Positions 48,301 to 58,143 of a DNA stretch of 64,000 bases are shown here, in pieces. The stretch spans positions 443,958 to 507,957 of the forward strand of contig JBDKLC010000005.1 of the NCBI GenBank assembly GCA_039795775.1, read 5' to 3'. How positions within the stretch are numbered: the first letter of the stretch is position 1; every line of letters begins with the position of its first letter. The stretch is from Candidatus Parcubacteria bacterium (GTDB lineage Bacteria; Patescibacteriota; Minisyncoccia; Phycocordibacterales; CAIZLB01). The position numbers and the translations under genes are program-made. The notes under the pieces were generated by a model, which was given only the letters and a program-made list of their open reading frames with translations, searched no databases and was not told the origin of the DNA.

Positions 48301-48539
48301 ATTTTATTTGTACTTTCTAAGAGTACGTGGCACGGCCAAAAGACCATACCTCTCGTCTTTTAATGATATAGATGTAAGTTGACGAGGGGTCTCTAAAGTT
48401 TCAAATAAAGCTTATGTACGGCCTTATATTCTTTCTAGGGTGAGATGTGAAATCTCGAAAAAACAAAACTATGGAGATTGCTTACCTCTATATAGTATAT
48501 AATCTAAGCCATTTTGTCAATGGAGCAGGTTGAAGGTAT
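48301..48539 (-). promoter_or_regulatory. Promoter and structured 5' leader of the DEAD-box helicase gene. It contains a long-range stem 'agacc-ata-cctcgtc ... gacgagg-g-ggtct' at ~48342-48400.
   Basis: 240-bp non-coding gap with an imperfect 12-bp stem enclosing a 23-nt loop. Confidence 0.3.
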
Positions 48540-49148
48540 TTAAGAGAAGATGATTACAAGAATAGCCCATGCGATGGCTACTGCTGTAAAGAACATAGCT
48601 TTTTGAAGAGCTGCATATTTTTTCTTTGCTATGAGAGCGATATTATAGGCATTCTTGTATGTCTCATTGATCACTCCTTCAGTTGTCAGTTTACTTCCCC
48701 ACTCTATGAATTCTTGTTTTGACAGTGCTGCAATATCAGCAAAGTAGGTCATATCTTCTTTCTTTGGCTTTGTAAGTCTCGGATACACAACGGTAATAGA
48801 AAACTTAATAGCAATCAAAATAAGAAGAGCTGAGATACCAAACAAGGCAATCCATACTGGATCAATAATTCCTTTTGCAGCCTTGATAACAGAGAGTCGT
48901 GCGAGGAGCGCAGATGTTGCAATACCAATAATACCAATTGTACCGAATGCCTTGGTATCAGCTTGTTTGATTTGATCTGTAATGCTTGTAGCAATATATT
49001 TTGGAAAGTCTGTTGCTACTTTAGGATCAAGTGTTTTTTTCTCAATTGGAGAAGATGTGATTTCAGGATTCATGAGTAAACGGTTATTTTTATTGGCACT
49101 TAAGTGCAACACGACACTGAGACTTTGCTTCAGCAGGAAGCTTGTCAC
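48540..49148 (-). CDS. Membrane protein of unknown function with 2-3 TM helices. The true start is probably the internal Met at ~49073.
   Basis: Hydrophobic segments 'GTIGIIGIATSALLARL', 'VWIALFGISALLILIAI' and 'FFTAVAIAWAILVIIF'. Confidence 0.4.
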   Translation of the reverse strand: MTSFLLKQSLSVVLHLSANKNNRLLMNPEITSSPIEKKTLDPKVATDFPKYIATSITDQIKQADTKAFGTIGIIGIATSALLARLSVIKAAKGIIDPVWIALFGISALLILIAIKFSITVVYPRLTKPKKEDMTYFADIAALSKQEFIEWGSKLTTEGVINETYKNAYNIALIAKKKYAALQKAMFFTAVAIAWAILVIIFS

Positions 49149-49836
49149 ACGAAGAACATGAACTTGCTGCCCCCTTTACGCTTCCTTGTGCATTTACTGT
49201 CGCAGTAGCAGACATTGCTGCACCTCCCATCATTTTTGAAAAATCAGTAAATTTAATTGTAGTTGGGAGTACAAACTTTGTCGCATCTGGAGACCAATCA
49301 GCACATGTATAATCGAACGGTTCGTTACTATTTACAAAACTCTGATTTTTACTTTCAGCATCTAATACATTTGCAACAGATATCTTGATTCCCAATCCTT
49401 GTGCGATTTGATCAGAACTCCAAACGTACACATCACTATTTACTCTAATCATGTGCGCATCAATTTCTTTTTGTGCTTTACCTTGTACTATTGGTGTTGT
49501 TACAAAATCTCCTCGCATATTTGTACCATTGATATATACAGTACCTGATGTCTTTCCTTCTGCACCTGTTTTAGAAAACGTACATTGTGTGTTTTTTCCG
49601 AGAGCAAAAAGACCTTTGAGTGTCATTTTTCCAGATGAATTTGAAGCCGCAGGTGATGTGGTTGTGCTTGATACTCCACTTGGTGGTAACACATACGCAG
49701 TAGGCGTTACTCCTTCTACAGATCGTTTCTTTGACCACTTATACACTCCACCACCGATAACTACCGCTACGGCGAGTACAGCAATGAGTGCGATAAGTCC
49801 GAATCCTTTTTGGGATTGTAGTGAATTTTTTTTCAT
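49090..49836 (-). CDS. Secreted protein of unknown function with a Cys-rich C-terminus
   Basis: Signal/TM 'GLIALIAVLAVAVVIGG' and a Ser/Thr linker. C-terminal 'SSCSSCDKLPAEAKSQCRVALKCQ'. Confidence 0.45.
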   Translation of the reverse strand: MKKNSLQSQKGFGLIALIAVLAVAVVIGGGVYKWSKKRSVEGVTPTAYVLPPSGVSSTTTSPAASNSSGKMTLKGLFALGKNTQCTFSKTGAEGKTSGTVYINGTNMRGDFVTTPIVQGKAQKEIDAHMIRVNSDVYVWSSDQIAQGLGIKISVANVLDAESKNQSFVNSNEPFDYTCADWSPDATKFVLPTTIKFTDFSKMMGGAAMSATATVNAQGSVKGAASSCSSCDKLPAEAKSQCRVALKCQ

Positions 49837-49863
49837 ATTTTTTTAAAAGTTTTTTTAAATATA

Positions 49864-50259
49864 TTAGCCCTTCTTGTGGTGAATAATGATTTTATTTTTA
49901 TCTGGATCTAGCACAACAGCCATCTTACATGTAGGAAAATCCATTGGTTCCATTTTGAATTCAACCTTGTGTGCTCTGATTTTTTCAATCACTTCATCAA
50001 ACGTATCTGTTTCGAGACCTACTGAGGCACCGTCTTCTGATGGCTTCCAATCTGGAGAACAACCGATACTAAGAGTTGCAGTGCCAATACCATATTCAAC
50101 CCAGGCTGCTCCTTCACTACTCCCATCAAATGGAGGTGTAGGTGTGAGTCCGAGTACTCCTTCATAGAAAGCCCTTGCTTTTGGCATGTCCGTAACAGCA
50201 TAGACGGTAAAAGCGATATCTTTAAACATAAAAATGGTATTAAACTTGTATGAAGCCAT
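49864..50259 (-). CDS. VOC-family (glyoxalase / bleomycin-resistance fold) protein
   Basis: 'FTVYAVTDMPKARAFYEGVLGL' followed by a beta-alpha-beta-beta-beta repeat pattern. Confidence 0.7.
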   Translation of the reverse strand: MASYKFNTIFMFKDIAFTVYAVTDMPKARAFYEGVLGLTPTPPFDGSSEGAAWVEYGIGTATLSIGCSPDWKPSEDGASVGLETDTFDEVIEKIRAHKVEFKMEPMDFPTCKMAVVLDPDKNKIIIHHKKG

Positions 50260-50288
50260 TGTACCAAGTGGAGTATTGCCTGTATATG

Positions 50289-51974
50289 CTACGAAGCAAG
50301 TTTACCTTTTGGTGCATAGCCCAAAATAGCTCGTGCAAGCTGAATATGGAGATATGAGATATTACTCCCTACTTTGTTTTTGATTGGAGAAAGGCGGATT
50401 TCAGCTTCATCGTCTTCGAGTGATTCTGCGAGTTCTTCTATGGCTGCTTTTATTTTTGCAAAATGAGGTTTTGAAATCTCCTTTTTCAAATATGAAATAT
50501 CAAACGAAGGGTCATCTGCAATGAGTTTTTCTATATGTGACACGATTGTTTCCTGACTGAGGCCACGCATGAGAGCAATATCACCGAGACTAAGTTCTTG
50601 GTCGATGAGGAGTGCCGTCTCTTGGTAGGTAGTGAGTTTTTCTTCTCTCTTTTTAGGTTTTGCGTAGTCGAGGAATTCTTTTTGCTGTGCCTCGAGTGTT
50701 TCTGGAGACATTTTTTCGAATAAACTTCGTGCTTCAGCTGAACGAGCTCGGAGCATATCATCAAATTCCAAAACTTCTTCATTCACCTCAAGGGCATTAT
50801 TGTTGATACCAAGAATAGTGAGACCTTCGAGTGATCGAACTCGTGAAAGAGCAACATATCCCATGCCTGGTTCAAAAGACTTTGAAAGGTCTACTTCTAC
50901 AGCATCGAGACTCATACCCTGACTTTTGTGCACAGTGATGGCCCAGGCAAGTCGAAGTGGATACTGGAGTATTTCAGCTTTTGTTTTTCCTTCTTCTTCG
51001 ATTTTCCATGATGCGCGCTCAATAGTAATGATTTCACCAGAAGCCACACGAATACGCGGGTCTTGGTTGGGTTTACATGACACCACTACACCTAGTGTGC
51101 CGTTTACGTATCCCACTTCAAAATTATTTTTTACACACATAACACGAGCACCTACTTTAAGACGAAGCTGCTCCGGTGCAAGACATGACTTTTTGAGAGA
51201 AAGAGCGAGATTCTCTTTACCCTTTGTCTGCATAGTGTGGTCTGCAACTTCTGAACTCTTGAGTTTTTCGAGTTCTGTAAAGTTGAGAGCATCTACATCT
51301 ATGTTGTGTGTAAATAATTTTGTTGGTTCTACTTCTTTATACGTACGAACATTTTCTCGACTCTTCAAATGATTCTGAGCTTCTTTTGAAACTTCCCCCG
51401 ATCGAATCTCATTGAGAATAGTGTTCATTACTAAATCTTTTTGTCGGAACTGTTCTTCGAGATAACAAATAGTGAAGTCTGCTTCTCGCCATGATTCTGA
51501 TTTATAAATAAATTCCCCTTTTGGTTCACCAAAACGACTGACAGGTGGAAGCTGGAAAAAGTCTCCACACAATACAACTTGTACTCCACCAAACGGATCG
51601 TTATTTCCTTTCATCGCTTTCATCACTTTGTTGATGAGGTCAAATCGAAAATGATGAAGCATAGACACTTCATCAATGATGAGCACTTTTACTTTATCGA
51701 AACGGCTTGAGAGATATGACTTTTCAGCCATTGCTTCGAGGTCGTATTCTGTGAGGAAATTATTGATACCAATACCTGCCCATGAGTGAATGGTAACACC
51801 GCCCATATGAGTAGCTGCGATACCTGTAGATGCAGTTATCCCAACATCTATATTGTGAGCTTTGAGAAACTCTATGTATGTATTAATAAGATGTGTTTTA
51901 CCACTTCCCGCTGGACCGGTAACAAACACATTTCTACCTGATTTTAAAATTTCTAAAGCTTCTTTTTGAGTCAT
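50289..51974 (-). CDS. PIF1/RecD-like ATP-dependent DNA helicase with a C-terminal HTH-like domain
   Basis: Walker A 'VTGPAGSGKTHL', 'IIDEVSM', 'CGDFFQLPPV' and 'AITVHKSQGMSLD'. Confidence 0.8.
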   Translation of the reverse strand: MTQKEALEILKSGRNVFVTGPAGSGKTHLINTYIEFLKAHNIDVGITASTGIAATHMGGVTIHSWAGIGINNFLTEYDLEAMAEKSYLSSRFDKVKVLIIDEVSMLHHFRFDLINKVMKAMKGNNDPFGGVQVVLCGDFFQLPPVSRFGEPKGEFIYKSESWREADFTICYLEEQFRQKDLVMNTILNEIRSGEVSKEAQNHLKSRENVRTYKEVEPTKLFTHNIDVDALNFTELEKLKSSEVADHTMQTKGKENLALSLKKSCLAPEQLRLKVGARVMCVKNNFEVGYVNGTLGVVVSCKPNQDPRIRVASGEIITIERASWKIEEEGKTKAEILQYPLRLAWAITVHKSQGMSLDAVEVDLSKSFEPGMGYVALSRVRSLEGLTILGINNNALEVNEEVLEFDDMLRARSAEARSLFEKMSPETLEAQQKEFLDYAKPKKREEKLTTYQETALLIDQELSLGDIALMRGLSQETIVSHIEKLIADDPSFDISYLKKEISKPHFAKIKAAIEELAESLEDDEAEIRLSPIKNKVGSNISYLHIQLARAILGYAPKGKLAS

Positions 51975-52054
51975 AACAAAAGTATATGACCTATTATATA
52001 TCCGTCATTGCACAGAGCTCTACTAACAGCGAAGCAATAAATGTGGGCTAATGC

Positions 52055-53566
52055 TTAAGCACCCATTTCACCAAGCAGTGTAGGCAAATCTTTGTATCGT
52101 TCCACTACGGATTGACCATGGCACATCCAAAACACATGAGGTTTGAACTCTTCAATAAATTCGTAATCATGACTTACCAAGAGAATTGTACTTTTTGATT
52201 TTTTGCAGGCATCAAGGAGAATTTCCCAAGTCACTTCATCGAGGTGGTTGGTAGGTTCGTCGAGTACGATGAGGTCAGGCTTTTGACCAAAAACAATCGC
52301 AAATCGAAGTCGCATTCGTTCTCCTCCAGAAAGACTCTTGATAGGAGTTTCCATCATATCTTGATCAAATCTCATACTGCCGAGTGCTGCACGAGCTTCA
52401 ACATCTACGCAGTTCAATTTTTCCATTACGATATCTACAGGAAGTGCATTCGGCGCAAATTCTACATGCTGGTCAAAGTACGCCCGGGTAATATCTGTCC
52501 CCCAATGCATTGTGCCTTCATTGAGGTTGTATTCACCCATGAGACATTTGAGGAATGTTGATTTTCCCGAGCCGTTTCTTCCTAGAAGTACAATATGTTT
52601 TCCTGATCGCATTTCGAGAGATACATCTCGGAACATATCACCTTTCTTTCCTTCATATCTAAAAAATCCCTTACTCATTCGGCAGAGTAATTTTCCTTGA
52701 TGAAGTCCTTCAGACGACATATGAATTTTTATTTTTGTTTTCTTGTCTTCAGGTCGTGAGTTTTCTGAGTGGTCGTCTTTGAGTTTTTCGAGCTCAGCTT
52801 TTTTTCGTTTATATAAAGAAATTTCTTTTCCTCGAAAAGCTTTTTGGGCGAGAATACTGATTGAACTTTCGAGTTGTTTTATTCGCTTGCTCTCCGCATC
52901 GTAGGCTCGCTGCATTCCCCCGATTCGCTCCATTTTCTTTTCAATATATTCATCGTACCCTCCTTCAGAAATATGCAGACGCCCTTGCGCCATTTCTGCG
53001 ACTTTTGTCGCAAGGGCGTCAATAATAAGTCGGTCGTGAGAAATAAAAATAATACTTCCCTTGTATTCTTGGAGCATCTTAATAAGCACCACTCGACTGA
53101 CAATGTCGATATGGTTTTCAGGTTCATCAAGAAGAAGCACATCTGGATTTGTTGCGAGTACAGACCCAAGTGCAATAATCTTTTGCTGACCTCCTGACAA
53201 TGAACCACAGAGATGATCCATGATCTTTTCTACTCCAAAACCCATCTCCTTTGTGATATTCCACACTCGCTTTGTGAGAGTTACGCCAGCGATCTTTTCT
53301 ACATATTCACCAATAGTCTTTTCTTTATATGTTGGATCAAATTCCTGAGGCACATACGCAATACGCATATGGGTTGTCTTCTCAATAACACCTGATTCTT
53401 GCTGGAGTTGGCCGGCTATAATCTTGAGAAGTGTAGACTTCCCTGAGCCGTTTTCACCCAGAATACAGAGCCGTTCTTGCTCGGCACATCGAACAGACAC
53501 ACCGGTGAGCAAAGGCTCTTCTCCGTGTGAATAGACTATATTCTTTAGACTAATAATCTTTTGCAT
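52055..53566 (-). CDS. ABC-F family ATPase (tandem ABC domains, no TM). It is a ribosome-associated, translation-factor-type ABC protein.
   Basis: Two Walker A motifs (LGENGSGKST, LGRNGSGKST) and two signature motifs (LSGGQQ, LSGGERMR). A charged linker lies between them. Confidence 0.85.
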   Translation of the reverse strand: MQKIISLKNIVYSHGEEPLLTGVSVRCAEQERLCILGENGSGKSTLLKIIAGQLQQESGVIEKTTHMRIAYVPQEFDPTYKEKTIGEYVEKIAGVTLTKRVWNITKEMGFGVEKIMDHLCGSLSGGQQKIIALGSVLATNPDVLLLDEPENHIDIVSRVVLIKMLQEYKGSIIFISHDRLIIDALATKVAEMAQGRLHISEGGYDEYIEKKMERIGGMQRAYDAESKRIKQLESSISILAQKAFRGKEISLYKRKKAELEKLKDDHSENSRPEDKKTKIKIHMSSEGLHQGKLLCRMSKGFFRYEGKKGDMFRDVSLEMRSGKHIVLLGRNGSGKSTFLKCLMGEYNLNEGTMHWGTDITRAYFDQHVEFAPNALPVDIVMEKLNCVDVEARAALGSMRFDQDMMETPIKSLSGGERMRLRFAIVFGQKPDLIVLDEPTNHLDEVTWEILLDACKKSKSTILLVSHDYEFIEEFKPHVFWMCHGQSVVERYKDLPTLLGEMGA

Positions 53567-53578
53567 TCAGTAGTTATA

Positions 53579-54286
53579 CTACTCAACGTGAGGTGTAGCA
53601 ATAGTAAGGAGCTCGCCGTTTATATAAATCTCTACGTTTGTGATAGATGGAATCTTGAGCGCTGTCTCGCCTACCTGGAGCCCAATTCGGTGATCATCGC
53701 AAATACCGTCGAGTTTTGGTGTTCCTAAAAGGTACACTTTTGCTGTGTTTCCTTCTATAACAGCACTATCAAATGCGAGTTGTTTTTGTGATGTGATAAA
53801 GTTTCCACCTTTTGAATCAGCTGCTGGCCATGATTCTTTTCGTGCAAAAAGAGCTTTCATTGCAGCATCAATAGCTGATGAAGTAGCTGCAACTTTCACT
53901 TCTTTGAAACCGATGAGATCGCATCCTCGCATGAGCTTGTGATCACCTTCTTTGTCTGGTGGTACAAGGAGAGCGTAAGTAACTTTTGTGATAAGTGAAG
54001 ATGAAGCTTCCACAGCTGTAGAAGTAGAAAGTATAGACGCAGGAAGAGATGTTGTATCCGGAACGAGAGTTGCGTTGGCAGCGTTTGCACTAGCAGAAAC
54101 GGACGCTACTTCAGTACGTGAATTGTCTGGTGATGAAGCACCTGTAGCTGATGCGACAACTGCAGAAACTGGATTCAAACTAGAAAGAGTTCGTGCACCA
54201 AGTACAAAATATATAAGAATAGTGAGTGTAATAACGATTATAGTAATAACGGCAAGCTTGGACGAACTGATTTTGTTGTTATTCAT
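53579..54286 (-). CDS. Secreted or membrane-anchored protein of unknown function (possibly GerMN-like)
   Basis: N-terminal TM 'LAVITIIVITLTILIYFVLG', a Ser/Thr/Ala-rich linker and a ~130-aa C-terminal domain. Confidence 0.45.
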   Translation of the reverse strand: MNNNKISSSKLAVITIIVITLTILIYFVLGARTLSSLNPVSAVVASATGASSPDNSRTEVASVSASANAANATLVPDTTSLPASILSTSTAVEASSSLITKVTYALLVPPDKEGDHKLMRGCDLIGFKEVKVAATSSAIDAAMKALFARKESWPAADSKGGNFITSQKQLAFDSAVIEGNTAKVYLLGTPKLDGICDDHRIGLQVGETALKIPSITNVEIYINGELLTIATPHVE

Positions 54287-54392
54287 GTCCGAACATTATA
54301 TCAAAATTCACGTGATATTTGAACTATATAATTCAAAATAAAATTACTATATAGACCTGTCAACAAGTTATTAGATATACGTTACTCTATAA

Positions 54393-54427
54393 ACAAAAAA
54401 CACTCGTATCTAACGAGTGTTTTTTGC
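54393..54427 (-). terminator. Rho-independent terminator downstream of the small basic protein gene
   Basis: 'aaaaaacactcg-tatctaa-cgagtgtttttt'. Confidence 0.65.
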
Positions 54428-54434
54428 GAGAGAG

Positions 54435-54569
54435 CTAAATTCGAGCTTTCTTCTTTCCTCCAGCTCGATTCTTCTTTACTGGTCGAGCGGCTTTGATAGC
54501 AAGTCGCTTTGCTGTTTTCTTTGATCGAGATTTTGGATTCTTTGTATTTGTACTTTTTCTTTTTGCCAT
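54435..54569 (-). CDS. Small (44 aa), highly basic protein (MAKRKSTNTKNPKSRSKKTAKRLAIKAARPVKKNRAGGKKKARI). It is a ribosomal-protein-like or nucleic-acid-binding peptide.
   Basis: Clean ATG start, immediate downstream terminator, and a composition of ~45% Lys/Arg. The overlapping ORF in the track (54382-54669) is in a different frame. Confidence 0.35.
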   Translation of the reverse strand: MAKRKSTNTKNPKSRSKKTAKRLAIKAARPVKKNRAGGKKKARI

Positions 54570-54613
54570 GGGTATATTGTATATCATTTATACAAAAACG
54601 TACATTCCTTTTT

Positions 54614-55242
54614 CTATGCGTGCACTTCTGATGCTGCTTGTCGCACTTCTTTTGTGACCTGGTATCCATCAGAGTCTACGGTGTACACAAGTACAGAACC
54701 GAAGAGCATTTGAAGATCTTTTATTTTTTCGTCAGGAATTTTTTCAATATATTTCATCAGGGCTCTGATAGCATTGCCATGTGATGCAACGATTACATTC
54801 TCCCCCCTCATCAGATGAGGTAAAATGGTTTCTTTGAAAAATGGTACAACTCTTTCGTATACCATTTTAAGAGTTTCACCTTGTGGTACTGGATAATCCC
54901 ATTCACGGCGAAGTCGCTCCCAGTTTTCATTTCCTAGAATCTTTTCCATTTCCCACTTGTTTTTTCCTGTGTACTCTCCGTAATCTCGTTCATTAAGTGC
55001 TTTGTTGTGTTCTGTGGGAACGTGATACTGTCCCATTGCCTCGAGCATTGACGACAATGTCTCAATAGATCGAACTTGCATAGAAGCAAATGCGTGATCT
55101 ATCTGAATATCTTTTATGAGATTTCCCATTTCTTCAGATTTTTTAAATCCATATTCTGTAAGGTGTCGATCTCTCATACCTGTCCATAAGCCGAGTTTAT
55201 TCCAATCTGATTCGTGATGTCTGACGATAATTAATTTTGCCA
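54614..55242 (-). CDS. gpmA: 2,3-bisphosphoglycerate-dependent phosphoglycerate mutase
   Basis: 'AKLIIVRHHESDWN' (RHGE-type motif), 'LTEYG', and a C-terminal His in 'ASHGNAIRAL'. Confidence 0.85.
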
Positions 55243-55253
55243 TGTTGGGATAC

Positions 55254-55691
55254 TTAGGAATTAGAAGCGATTGATGATTTGTTGTTTGCAGCAATTAACA
55301 TAAACACTGCAATATAAATAATGTGTTCATCTATAAGTGGATTATTCGCGGGTGGAAACATCGAAAGATATATAAGAGCCATCATTGCAATACCTGCATA
55401 GGTTCCCCATTTCACGAATTTGTTTGTAAGCATCGTTACTCCAACAAAAAGTAATCCTGACATAAAAAGAATAGCTACGATTGAACTACCTGCCATTGAT
55501 TGAAAGACAAACGCCAATGGCCCATGCGTAGCATGGGCCAAAAAGCCGTCAGTTGGCGAACCACCGTGAATCCAAGCTTGTGAAGATGTTGTAGCAAAAC
55601 CGAAGCCAAACACTTTATCTACAAAAGCCCAAAGAAACATAGCCCCCATAAGAACTCGTAATAGTGCAATCATTTTCTGTAGTTGATTCAT
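55254..55691 (-). CDS. DoxX-family membrane protein
   Basis: 'LLRVLMGAMFLWAFVDKVFG' and four TM helices. Confidence 0.65.
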   Translation of the reverse strand: MNQLQKMIALLRVLMGAMFLWAFVDKVFGFGFATTSSQAWIHGGSPTDGFLAHATHGPLAFVFQSMAGSSIVAILFMSGLLFVGVTMLTNKFVKWGTYAGIAMMALIYLSMFPPANNPLIDEHIIYIAVFMLIAANNKSSIASNS

Positions 55692-55732
55692 ATACTCTTA
55701 GTATATCAAATGTCAGGAAAGCTAAAACAGGG

Positions 55733-56683
55733 CTACTGATTCACAATAAGTGTTCGTCTGATTTTATTGAATTCAGCAAGTAGTGCAGCCTTATCAAACT
55801 GTTTTACAGTCGTTGTATCATAATTTTCAATTGCACCGTAGTGAATGAAATATCTAACTGCTGTACATGGATTAGAACCAGGAAGAGCATATACGTATTC
55901 TTCGTACCGATTGCCTACCGCTGCTTCACTTGTAGAAGCAACAGAGTACGTAACCTGTCCATCAATAATTACTTGAGATTTCTTCACAACACCCTGATCG
56001 AGGAAAAGATCTGCAGAACATGCTGCTGTATTAGAGAGTTGTTCAACACTTATGAAACTATCTCGAGAAAGATTTGTTCCGGTTGCGTAATTTGTCGGAA
56101 TTGTAAATTTCACACCTGGAATCTTTTTGTTCGGACCCATTGTTTCATTTATATATGATTCAACTGCTACAAAACTATCTACTGAAGTTGTCGCACCAAG
56201 CTTAGCCAATCGTGGAAATCGCAGTGAGAAATTATATGTTGTACTCTTGTACTCAGCAGACATCGTTGTAGAAGGATCATTGGGATCAATCTCAACACAA
56301 TTTTTGTATTCTTTTTCTTGACCCTGCTCGAGAATCATTACGCCTTTTCCTTTACTCCAAAATACAAAAGACTCATCAGCATTTGCATATCGTACACCAC
56401 TTGCTGAGATAGTTTGTGCAATCGTAAATGATCGTCCGTCATCGAGAGCTATTTTGACACTACCTGTTGGTACAGGTTTTTGGCCAGTTTTTACTGCTAC
56501 AGTAGATGAGGCATCGTAATACGAAGCCGTGAGAGCCATATCTTTGTCACATGAATACTCTGCAGAATATACGAGGACGGGCGTTACCACTACAGTAGGT
56601 GTAGCTCGAAACAACTTTATATATAAAGCACCGAAAATTGCAGCAAGTGCAATAAGAACGACAAACGTGAATAATTTCTTCAT
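55733..56683 (-). CDS. Secreted protein of unknown function with an N-terminal anchor
   Basis: TM 'LFTFVVLIALAAIFGALYI'. Beta-rich with several Cys residues. Confidence 0.45.
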   Translation of the reverse strand: MKKLFTFVVLIALAAIFGALYIKLFRATPTVVVTPVLVYSAEYSCDKDMALTASYYDASSTVAVKTGQKPVPTGSVKIALDDGRSFTIAQTISASGVRYANADESFVFWSKGKGVMILEQGQEKEYKNCVEIDPNDPSTTMSAEYKSTTYNFSLRFPRLAKLGATTSVDSFVAVESYINETMGPNKKIPGVKFTIPTNYATGTNLSRDSFISVEQLSNTAACSADLFLDQGVVKKSQVIIDGQVTYSVASTSEAAVGNRYEEYVYALPGSNPCTAVRYFIHYGAIENYDTTTVKQFDKAALLAEFNKIRRTLIVNQ

Positions 56684-56704
56684 AGTATTTTTATAAAATT
56701 TTTA

Positions 56705-57493
56705 TTAGTTCTTTACCTTAGGTGGTAACGGAAAGAAGGCACTTGTTGTTCTGCGATATTCATCAAATACTGGATTTTCTGCCATACTTTTTTCGAGCAT
56801 TGGCACACCTGAGACTTTGAGAATGAGGAATGTGATAGTGAGAGGACCGACAATTGTCCAAACCCCGAATGGTACAGAGAGTGCAATAATCCAAATACCC
56901 CACCACTGTGTCACTTCACCAAAATAGTTTGGATGACGAGTGTATTTCCATAAGCCAGTATTAAGGATTTTGCCTTTGTTATCAGGATTCTTGAGAAAAT
57001 TTCGAAGCTGTCTATCACCTACTCCTTCAAAGTAAAAACCAACAAGCCATACTCCTATACCTAAGACGTCCCAGACTGTCCAAATGTTACCGCGGAAGAG
57101 TGTCACAAGAACAACTGGACTCACAATGAGAAACAATAAAATACCTTGAAGAATAAAAACTTGGAAGTATGATCGGACAACAAACCATTTGCCCCACGAC
57201 TCGCGCCACACAGCATACCGCTTATCTTCAGGTTTATGTATATTTCTTTTGAAAATATGAAACGCCAGACGAAGTCCCCAAATAGTAACAAGCGCTGTAA
57301 CAACAAAACCTCTATCAAACCACACACCTCCCATTCCAAAAATAGAAATTGCGACGAGAATAAAACCAAGTCCCCAAGCAATATCAGCGACATCGTTTCT
57401 TTTCAAAAACAATGCAACAAAAAACCAAAATGTCATATATCCAAACAAGAGATAAGCTACAAACGAAAATGTTTCAATGAGTATGTGTGGCAT
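56705..57493 (-). CDS. DUF1295 (steroid-5-alpha-reductase / ICMT-like) membrane protein
   Basis: Signature 'WKYTRHPNYFGEVTQWWG'. 6-7 TM helices. Confidence 0.7.
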   Translation of the reverse strand: MPHILIETFSFVAYLLFGYMTFWFFVALFLKRNDVADIAWGLGFILVAISIFGMGGVWFDRGFVVTALVTIWGLRLAFHIFKRNIHKPEDKRYAVWRESWGKWFVVRSYFQVFILQGILLFLIVSPVVLVTLFRGNIWTVWDVLGIGVWLVGFYFEGVGDRQLRNFLKNPDNKGKILNTGLWKYTRHPNYFGEVTQWWGIWIIALSVPFGVWTIVGPLTITFLILKVSGVPMLEKSMAENPVFDEYRRTTSAFFPLPPKVKN

Positions 57494-57550
57494 AGTGAGA
57501 AATTTATTGTTCTTATACTTACTAATGGTATCATATAATGTACATTTGCC

Positions 57551-58126
57551 ATGAAGAAAATTCTCCTCAACCTGAGCATCGAATTTGGACCGATTGTAGC
57601 CTTCCTTGTTGCGTCTGAACTTACATCATTTTTAAAGGCTACTCTTATTTTTGTCCTTCTTACTGGTCTTGCTCTTATCGCTGGATATATAGAGCGACGA
57701 GAACTTGCCTGGTTTCCACTCATTGTGGGCATCAGTATTATTGGATTCGGTATGCTGACCATCATATTTAAAAATCCTTTCTTTATTATTTTTAAAGATA
57801 CAATTTATAACGGACTTTTTGCAGTCGTTCTCGGTACCGGATTACTCTACAAAAAGCCCTTACTCAAGCCACTTTTCAAAGGGCTTTTCTCAATGTCTGA
57901 AAAAGGTTGGCTCATTCTGACATTTAGATGGATGGTAATGTTTATTCTTCTCACTATCTCCAACGAAATAGCTCGAATGCATCTTACTCCAGACGACTGG
58001 GTGGTGTACAAAGGAATTTCTACTCTTGCCACTATGGCCTTTTCTTTGTATCAATTCAAACTTTCTCGACAAGAACGTCTACCTGATTCAACTCAATGGG
58101 GTATGCGGATTATTGAACAAAAATAA
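57551..58126 (+). CDS. YciB/IspZ-like inner-membrane protein (intracellular septation protein A family)
   Basis: 191 aa and 5 TM helices. The N-terminus 'LSIEFGPIVAFLVA' resembles the YciB start. Confidence 0.5.
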   Translation: MKKILLNLSIEFGPIVAFLVASELTSFLKATLIFVLLTGLALIAGYIERRELAWFPLIVGISIIGFGMLTIIFKNPFFIIFKDTIYNGLFAVVLGTGLLYKKPLLKPLFKGLFSMSEKGWLILTFRWMVMFILLTISNEIARMHLTPDDWVVYKGISTLATMAFSLYQFKLSRQERLPDSTQWGMRIIEQK

Positions 58127-58143
58127 GATACAATAATAAGTAT

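Noticed and set aside
54382-54669. 95-aa minus-strand track ORF spanning the gpmA 3' end and the small basic gene
   Set aside because: It runs through a strong terminator hairpin and overlaps the gpmA stop. The 44-aa basic ORF in another frame, which has a clean start and terminator, is the more plausible gene.
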